Shown one piece after another: positions 26,117 to 32,000 of a stretch of DNA of 32,000 nucleotides; position 1 is the stretch's first letter; every line of letters begins with the position of its first letter. Origin of the DNA: an uncultured Candidatus Saccharibacteria bacterium (lineage in GTDB: Bacteria; Patescibacteriota; UBA1384; JAMDBS01; CAZXAY01); assembly GCA_964638435.1 (NCBI GenBank), contig CAZXAY010000002.1:15661-47660 (forward strand), read 5' to 3'. The translations under genes were made by a program, and so were the position numbers. The notes beneath the pieces were generated by a model, which made no database searches, was not told where the DNA came from, and saw only the letters and a program-made list of their open reading frames with translations.

Positions 26117-26950
26117 ATGTTTATTTTACCAGAGACAGAATTGATTAAAACAAAATCCGTTTCTACAGATAAAAGCACATCAGTTTTTGTAATTGAACCA
26201 CTTTTACCTGGTTATGGTATGACAATTGGTAATGCTCTAAGACGAGTATTATTATCATCACTAGCTGGTGCAGCAATCACTTCTGTAAAAATCGATGGCG
26301 TTACACATGAATTTTCAACAATCAAAGGTGTTAAGGAAGATGTTGTAGATTTAATCTTAAATTTAAAAGCATTAAAAGTACAACTTCATGGCGATGAACC
26401 AACAATTGTGAAACTTAGTAAAAAAGGCCCGGGGCAAGTAATAGTTAAGGATTTTACTAAAAATTCTCAAGTAGAATTTGCAGACCCAGAGTACGTTATC
26501 GCTAATCTTGATAAAACTTCCTCACTTTCATTGGAAATTACTGTTGAAAAAGGCCGAGGATACATTCCTACTGAAAGAAGAAAGGATGAGAAACCAGTTC
26601 TTGGAAACATTGCCATTGATGCAATTTTTACACCGATAAAAAGAGTTCATTATGAAGTAGAAAATACTCGTGTGGGCGGAATGACCAATTTTGATAAATT
26701 AACCATTGATATCACAACAGACGGAACTATAAATGCTATGGAAGCTTTATCTGCATCAGTTAATATCTTGCAAGATCACTTTAATCTAATAGCTACAGAG
26801 TTAAAAGAAGGCCTTCCAAAAGCTTCAACAGCAAAAAAGAAAAGTGCTTTAGCACAAAAACTTTCTGCAGAAACTAACGTAGAAAAACCAGTGAAGACTA
26901 AAAAAATTAAATCAGTTGTCAAAACTACTACTAAAAAGTCTAATAAATAA
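26117..26950 (+). CDS. rpoA: RNA polymerase alpha subunit, N-terminal domain only, plus a Lys-rich tail (no recognisable alpha-CTD)
   Basis: SD ggagg (26107-26111) precedes ATG 26117. The NTD blocks GYGMTIGNALRRVLLSS and VGGMTNFDKL are present. The last ~50 aa are a low-complexity K/T/S tail. Confidence 0.9.
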   Translation: MFILPETELIKTKSVSTDKSTSVFVIEPLLPGYGMTIGNALRRVLLSSLAGAAITSVKIDGVTHEFSTIKGVKEDVVDLILNLKALKVQLHGDEPTIVKLSKKGPGQVIVKDFTKNSQVEFADPEYVIANLDKTSSLSLEITVEKGRGYIPTERRKDEKPVLGNIAIDAIFTPIKRVHYEVENTRVGGMTNFDKLTIDITTDGTINAMEALSASVNILQDHFNLIATELKEGLPKASTAKKKSALAQKLSAETNVEKPVKTKKIKSVVKTTTKKSNK

Positions 26951-26974
26951 ACCAATAATTGCCGAGATAAATAT

Positions 26975-27436
26975 ATGAGAAAATTTGGACGGAAAAAACA
27001 AAACCGTGAAATGATGCTAAGAAATTTAGCTACATCTTTAATTATTTTTGAAAAGATTACAACCACCCAAGCAAAAGCTAAAGAAATCAAGCCAATTATT
27101 GACAAATTAATAACTACAGGTAAATTGAATAATCTTGCTAGTAGAAGAAGGCTCTTAGGCTATTTATTACACAAAAACGCCGTCAATAAAATATTAGAAG
27201 ATTTAATTATTAGATATAATGATAGATCATCTGGATACACAAAAAGCTATCATTTAGCTCCAAGATTAGGTGATGGATCAAAAATGATGATTCTTGAATT
27301 AATCCCAGCTAAAAAAAATATTGCAAAAAATAGTGAAGAAGAAAAATCCAAAACTAATAAATTATCAGATGAAAAATCAAGTTCAAACAAAAAAATTGCA
27401 CTAAGGACAAAAAATGTCAAAACAAGAACTAAATAA
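26975..27436 (+). CDS. rplQ: 50S ribosomal protein L17 (C-terminal extension)
   Basis: MRKFGRKKQNREMMLRNLATSLI start. Confidence 0.92.
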   Translation: MRKFGRKKQNREMMLRNLATSLIIFEKITTTQAKAKEIKPIIDKLITTGKLNNLASRRRLLGYLLHKNAVNKILEDLIIRYNDRSSGYTKSYHLAPRLGDGSKMMILELIPAKKNIAKNSEEEKSKTNKLSDEKSSSNKKIALRTKNVKTRTK

Positions 27437-27806
27437 TAATCAAACTCACATCACTCATAAAATTAATTTAACTGGCAAAATACTTGGGAGAGTTTCTTGT
27501 GAAGTAGCCAATTTATTAAGAGGGAAGAATAAAGTAAATTTTGCTTATAATTTAACAATGGGTGATAAAGTTGTTGTTTATAATTTAGATAAAATAGTTT
27601 TAACTGGTAATAAAAAAGATCAAAAGATGTATCAAAGTCATTCTGGTTATCCTGGACATTTAAAATCTTTGACTTTCCAACAAGTTTGGGAAAAAGACCC
27701 TAAATTAGTTTTTATACAATCTGTTGAAGGAATGCTTCCTAAAAACCGTTTAAGAAAAATATGGTTAAAAAACTTATCAATTTATATTAAGGAAATCAAT
27801 GAATAA
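27414..27806 (+). CDS. rplM: 50S ribosomal protein L13
   Basis: GKILGRVSCEVANLLRGK and HSGYPG motifs. It overlaps the rplQ 3' end. Confidence 0.92.
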   Translation: MSKQELNNNQTHITHKINLTGKILGRVSCEVANLLRGKNKVNFAYNLTMGDKVVVYNLDKIVLTGNKKDQKMYQSHSGYPGHLKSLTFQQVWEKDPKLVFIQSVEGMLPKNRLRKIWLKNLSIYIKEINE

Positions 27807-28203
27807 AGAAGTTGTTGAAAAAGTTAAACTATCAGGAAAATATTTTGAAGCAGTAGGTCGTAGAAAAAGAGCAGTTGCTAGAGTTAGATTATATACTGGT
27901 AAAGGTCAATTTTATAAAAATAATCAGCTAGTTTCTGCTGTTTCTTCTACTATTAATAGCCCCTTAATTCTTGTAGGCTTAGTTGATAAGTTTGATATTA
28001 GTATCAAAGTTGTTGGTGGGGGTATAAAAAGTCAAGAAGAAGCTGTTAGACATGCACTTTCTAGAGCCCTTGTTAAGTTTGATGAAACCTTGAAGCCATC
28101 ACTACGTAAAGCTGGATTTATGACTCGTGATCCACGTGAAAAAGAACGTAAAAAACCTGGTTTAAAACGTGCTAGACGCGCTCCACAATGGCAAAAACGT
28201 TAA
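27799..28203 (+). CDS. rpsI: 30S ribosomal protein S9
   Basis: GGGIKSQEEAVRHALSRAL and a C-terminal RDPREKERKKPGLKRARRAPQWQKR. Confidence 0.95.
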   Translation: MNKEVVEKVKLSGKYFEAVGRRKRAVARVRLYTGKGQFYKNNQLVSAVSSTINSPLILVGLVDKFDISIKVVGGGIKSQEEAVRHALSRALVKFDETLKPSLRKAGFMTRDPREKERKKPGLKRARRAPQWQKR

Positions 28204-28213
28204 TAGACTTATA

Positions 28214-28561
28214 ATGTCACATAGGATAGAGAAAATAAATGAATTAATATTGCAGCAACTAAGTCAAATTATTCAAAGAGAATTTTTTGGTCATTTTGGT
28301 ATAATAAGTATTAATGCTGTTCATACCTCTCCAGACATAAAAAATGCTAAAGTATATGTTAGTGTTTTAGATAAAAGTGAATCAAATAAAATTATCAATC
28401 AATTGCAAAAAAAATCTGGTTATTTAGAACATCGCTTGATCAAAAAATTAACTTTGAGACTTATTCCCAAATTAGAGTTTGCTCTTGATTCATCAATTGG
28501 TAAAGTTGATAAAATAGAGGAGCTACTGGCTAAGATTGAAAAAGAAAAAGCTAGCAAATAG
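28214..28561 (+). CDS. rbfA: ribosome-binding factor A
   Basis: MSHRIEKINELILQQLSQII start and the correct size. The ORF-track start at 28169 overlaps rpsI and is rejected. Confidence 0.8.
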   Translation: MSHRIEKINELILQQLSQIIQREFFGHFGIISINAVHTSPDIKNAKVYVSVLDKSESNKIINQLQKKSGYLEHRLIKKLTLRLIPKLEFALDSSIGKVDKIEELLAKIEKEKASK

Positions 28562-28563
28562 TT

Positions 28564-28941
28564 ATGAAGTTAAAAACATATTTATTTGTAATATTTAGTA
28601 TGACATTACTATCTCTAGGCATATGGCTGATGATCTTATTTAACATTGATCCGGATTCAGCCGATCTTATAACTAAAAGTGCCTTTTTCTCTAGTATGTT
28701 TTTATGGTTAATGGGAATAATGATTTTTATAATTTTTTATTTACGTATTTGGGTTTCTAATAAAGAAGTTATTTACAACAACTTACCAATTGCCTTAAGG
28801 CACGCAATATTCATCTCCTTGGTTATTACTGGGCTATTAGCATTAAATAGCTCTAATCTACTTAATTGGTGGGATGCAGGAATGTTTATTGTTGTTATTA
28901 CAATGCTAGAACTACTGTTTAGACAAAAAACTACTAATTAG
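28564..28941 (+). CDS. small integral membrane protein, unknown function (about 4 TM helices)
   Basis: Four hydrophobic segments: TYLFVIFSMTLLSLGIWLMILF, FFSSMFLWLMGIMIFIIFYL, AIFISLVITGLLAL and GMFIVVITMLELLF. Confidence 0.6.
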   Translation: MKLKTYLFVIFSMTLLSLGIWLMILFNIDPDSADLITKSAFFSSMFLWLMGIMIFIIFYLRIWVSNKEVIYNNLPIALRHAIFISLVITGLLALNSSNLLNWWDAGMFIVVITMLELLFRQKTTN

Positions 28942-28950
28942 CTAAATTTT

Positions 28951-29000
28951 GTAACTATCATTAACTATCCTTAACTTACATTAACTTTCGTTAACTAAAA
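28951..29000 (+). repeat. five tandem 10-bp units TTAACTnnnn (helical phasing) directly upstream of pheS
   Basis: gtaactatca / ttaactatcc / ttaacttaca / ttaactttcg / ttaactaaaa. The period is exactly 10 nt and the array ends 8 nt before the pheS ATG. Confidence 0.8.
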
Positions 29001-29007
29001 TTATATT

Positions 29008-29835
29008 ATGAACGGTCACTTACACCCAATAACTCAATTTAATCGACTAAGTCTTAAATATTTTCAAGACCTTGGTTTTGATATTAAAGAAGGTAATGAG
29101 ATAGAAAGCGAATGGTATAACTTTGATGCCTTGAATGTTCCAGCTGATCACCCATCACGTGATGTACAAGATACTTTCTGGCTTGCCCCGAGTAAGATCG
29201 AGGGGCTTGCTCCAGTAAAGTCCACCTCGGAGGTGGCCGAAGGACTCCTACGAGGTGAAAAAGAAGTACTTCGCACTCACACCTCAGGATCAGAGATGAA
29301 TATAATCAAAAATAATCAAATAAAACCTCCTTTTCGTATAATTGTTCCGGGGCGTTGTTATCGTAACGAAAGAACTGATTTAAAACACGAACACACCTTT
29401 AATCAAATAGATGGAATTATTTGTGATAAAAACGTTAATATGACCCATTTAATTGGAATTTTAGATGGTTGGATCAAATTTACTCTTGGTAAGGATGTTG
29501 AAACCCGCATTAGACCAAGCTACTTCCCTTTTGTAGAACCAGGACTCGAAATGGATATTAAACTTCCTGCATGTGGGCTTGCCCGCCGTAGCATCTCGGA
29601 TGGGACACGAATGAATAATTCGACGTGCAATACCGAGAGCGTAGGCGGGTGGAGGGAAATGCTTGGTGCTGGTATGGCTCACCCGATAGTTTTAAAAAAT
29701 ATGGGAATTGACCCAGACAAATATCAAGCAGCTATGTGGGGTCCTGGGATTGATCGCTTTACTATGATTAAATATGGTATTGATGATATTCGCCGTTTTC
29801 ATGGCCAGGATTTAAGATTTCTAAAACAATTTTGA
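29008..29835 (+). CDS. pheS: phenylalanine-tRNA ligase alpha subunit (N-terminally short, with two GC-rich in-frame insertions)
   Basis: Class II aaRS blocks HPSRDVQDTFW, LRTHTS, GRCYRNE, FNQIDG, PSYFPFVEPG, GAGMAHP and DLRFLKQF. It lacks the usual ~90-aa N-terminal coiled coil. Confidence 0.93.
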   Translation: MNGHLHPITQFNRLSLKYFQDLGFDIKEGNEIESEWYNFDALNVPADHPSRDVQDTFWLAPSKIEGLAPVKSTSEVAEGLLRGEKEVLRTHTSGSEMNIIKNNQIKPPFRIIVPGRCYRNERTDLKHEHTFNQIDGIICDKNVNMTHLIGILDGWIKFTLGKDVETRIRPSYFPFVEPGLEMDIKLPACGLARRSISDGTRMNNSTCNTESVGGWREMLGAGMAHPIVLKNMGIDPDKYQAAMWGPGIDRFTMIKYGIDDIRRFHGQDLRFLKQF

Positions 29836-29922
29836 TTAATAAAAGTTAGTATCTTGAATCTAGTATTAAGTATAAAATACTTACTTCTAGCTTCTAAATA
29901 CTAGATACTTAAGTAAAACAAT

Positions 29923-31899
29923 ATGAAACTATCACTTAATTGGCTCAAAGAATTTATAGATATCAAAGTTACTCCAGACCAGCTGGCACAGGATTTAAAT
30001 TCCTTTGGTCACGAGGTTGAGGATGTAATAAAAGTAGGGAATGATTATATCCTAGGTATAAGTATTACCGCTAATCGCGGTGATTGCCTATCAGTTTTAG
30101 GTATGGCCCGTGAAGTTGCTGCAATGTACAATTTAAAATTAAAAATTATAGATTATCCTATATCTCAAATTAATAAAAGTACAACTAATAAAAAAATAAA
30201 TGTTAAACTTAAGAATAAAGATATTTATGATGCATTTGACGTAGAAATTATCGAAAACATTAAAATTAAAGAAAGCCCTAAATGGCTACAGAATAAATTA
30301 AAATTAGTTGGCATAAAACCAATTAATAACATAGTTGATATAACAAATTTTGTAATGATAGAAACCGGTCAACCCATCCACGCCTTTGATTATAACAAAA
30401 TTAATAATGGTAATATGATTATTCGTTTGTCAAAAAAAAGTGAATGTATAGTAACATTGGATGGCAAAAATCGTCAGCTCGATAATAACTCAATCATTAT
30501 TGAAGATGGAAAAAAGATATTTGATCTTGCCGGTATTATGGGCGGTCAAAATAGCCAAATTGATAAAAATACCAAAACAATTGTTATGGAGGGTGGAGTT
30601 TTTAATAAAAAAACAATTAGAGCAACATCAAAATTATTAAAGCTTACCACTGATGCTTCCCATCGTTTCGAACGAGGTGTTGACGATAACAATACTTGCA
30701 AAGCTGTTGATAGGGCATCAGAGCTAGTAATTAATTTAGATCAAAACAGTAAAATTGTATATGTAATGGGCGCCCTCACTGATTTAAGAAAATCCAATAC
30801 AATTGACATTGATATAAACAGAATAAATAATCTATTAGGAACGAGATTAGAACCCAATCAAGTGATTGATTATTTATCGAGACTAAATATTATTACAGAT
30901 CAACAGATCAACAAATTAACAAATCAACTGACGTTTAATATTCCTTCATATAGAAAATATGATTTAACAATCTGGCAAGACATAGCAGAAGAAGTTGCGC
31001 GTGTTCATGGTTATGATAAAATAAGTAAAAGTTTACCAATTAAAACAAAATCGACACCCAACGAAAATTATAATAAAAAAGAATTGTTAAAAGATGTATT
31101 AGTTGAAAATGGATTTACAGAAATTTATTCATATTCATTTGCTGACGAAAAATTAATGACCATGTTAGGGAATAACCTAAACAAATCACGTCATGTCATT
31201 AATTCCGTAACACCAGAACTAACACACCTAAGAATGGATTTATTACCATCACTGCTAACTGCTATTAGCAAAAATCCTTGGGCCCCAGAGGTTAAGATTT
31301 TCGAAATAGGCAAAGTATTTAATGATAATGAAGAAAAATGGCAATTAGGTATTGCCGAGTGCAATAAAAACGGACAGGGGATTAAACAAGTTTTAGACAA
31401 ACTCAATATCAATTCATCAATAATAATTCCCGACCAAAAAGTATTAGACCATCTCAAAATCCGCCGCCCTGTTAGATATGTAATAATTGATTTGGATACC
31501 GCTACAAAACACCTCGGAGGTGGCCAGCTGGACTCCTGCGTGGTGGAAAATGGGTTGAATTCTACCCAAGAAATGCAATACAAACCTATCTCTCAATTTC
31601 CCCCAACCATCCGCGACCTTGCTTTTATAGTAAAAAACGATACTGATTCCGAACAAATCCGCTCTCACATCTTGTCTCTCGATCCGCATATCTTACTAGC
31701 TGAACTTTTTGACGAATTTAATTTTCCATCTGCGCCATCAGTCAATAATCAGCGTGATCTGCGTAACATGAAAAATGTAGCTTATCACATCTGGCTTCAG
31801 GATCTTAATAAACCCATGAATCCAGAACATGTTGATAATATTACAAAACAAATCATTAAAAGCGTTGAATCAAAATTTAAAGCTAAATTAAGACAATAA
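29923..31899 (+). CDS. pheT: phenylalanine-tRNA ligase beta subunit (short form, no N-terminal OB/tRNA-binding insert)
   Basis: MKLSLNWLKEFI start, ITANRGDCLS, HAFD, and the B3/4, B5 and FDX-ACB order (ISQFPPTIRDLAF). 658 aa. Confidence 0.92.
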   Translation: MKLSLNWLKEFIDIKVTPDQLAQDLNSFGHEVEDVIKVGNDYILGISITANRGDCLSVLGMAREVAAMYNLKLKIIDYPISQINKSTTNKKINVKLKNKDIYDAFDVEIIENIKIKESPKWLQNKLKLVGIKPINNIVDITNFVMIETGQPIHAFDYNKINNGNMIIRLSKKSECIVTLDGKNRQLDNNSIIIEDGKKIFDLAGIMGGQNSQIDKNTKTIVMEGGVFNKKTIRATSKLLKLTTDASHRFERGVDDNNTCKAVDRASELVINLDQNSKIVYVMGALTDLRKSNTIDIDINRINNLLGTRLEPNQVIDYLSRLNIITDQQINKLTNQLTFNIPSYRKYDLTIWQDIAEEVARVHGYDKISKSLPIKTKSTPNENYNKKELLKDVLVENGFTEIYSYSFADEKLMTMLGNNLNKSRHVINSVTPELTHLRMDLLPSLLTAISKNPWAPEVKIFEIGKVFNDNEEKWQLGIAECNKNGQGIKQVLDKLNINSSIIIPDQKVLDHLKIRRPVRYVIIDLDTATKHLGGGQLDSCVVENGLNSTQEMQYKPISQFPPTIRDLAFIVKNDTDSEQIRSHILSLDPHILLAELFDEFNFPSAPSVNNQRDLRNMKNVAYHIWLQDLNKPMNPEHVDNITKQIIKSVESKFKAKLRQ

Positions 31900-32000
31900 T
31901 TCAATTATATTCGCATAATATGCAAATTTTAGTCGAAAATTTGCAAGCATTACGCACAAAAACGAGTTATGACGCAATCGCTCAGAGCGTCATAACGGTG

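Noticed and set aside
26776-27105. 109-aa minus-strand ORF across the rpoA/rplQ junction, together with the other short antisense ORFs in the track (629-823, 926-1123, 3192-3395, 4130-4484, 5427-5612, 6311-6556, 6818-7048, 7096-7411, 10753-10947, 11811-12032, 12303-12488, 16876-17217, 18261-18488, 25267-25506, 29461-29682, 31191-31689)
   Set aside because: All lie antisense to, or out of frame within, well-supported conserved genes. They lack ribosome-binding sites and have no recognisable motifs.
1-32000. CRISPR arrays, tRNA/rRNA genes, integrase/transposase genes
   Set aside because: I found no regularly spaced direct repeats with unique spacers, no cloverleaf-like or rRNA-like segments, and no ORF with recombinase or transposase motifs in this window. 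The MITEs therefore have no autonomous partner here.

Overview
AT-rich, densely packed bacterial window on the + strand. It carries almost the whole str/S10/spc/alpha ribosomal-protein supercluster, from the rpoC 3' end through rpsL, rpsG, fusA, tuf and rpsJ, then rplC to rpsI, followed by rbfA, pheS and pheT. L30 (rpmD) is absent, S14 is the short zinc type, many ribosomal proteins have Lys-rich tails, PheS and PheT are trimmed and RpoA lacks an alpha-CTD. Together these suggest a reduced-genome lineage such as CPR/Patescibacteria (inference only). Four things the housekeeping genes do not explain stand out. (1) A ~3.7 kb accessory island sits exactly in the normally invariant rpsJ|rplC junction. 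It has its own consensus promoters and terminators and encodes an RRM RNA-binding protein, a small higher-GC ORF, a divergent CCA/poly(A)-polymerase-like nucleotidyltransferase on the opposite strand, and a higher-GC orphan protein. (2) Three ~200 bp copies of a MITE have long terminal inverted repeats and 4-5 bp A/T-rich target-site duplications. Their ends resemble Tn3-family inverted repeats. All three lie in the same orientation, 14-18 nt upstream of rpsE, secY and rpmJ. (3) GC-rich palindromic nucleotide modules are inserted in-frame inside pheS (two) and pheT (one). One ~35-nt module is shared between the two genes in different reading frames. (4) Several intergenic spacers are unusually long and repeat- or hairpin-rich (GTTAAT/TTAAC hairpins, a 10-bp phased TTAACT array, a tandem repeat in the tuf leader). 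All coordinates were counted by hand and may be off by 1-2 nt. No database search or folding computation was possible.
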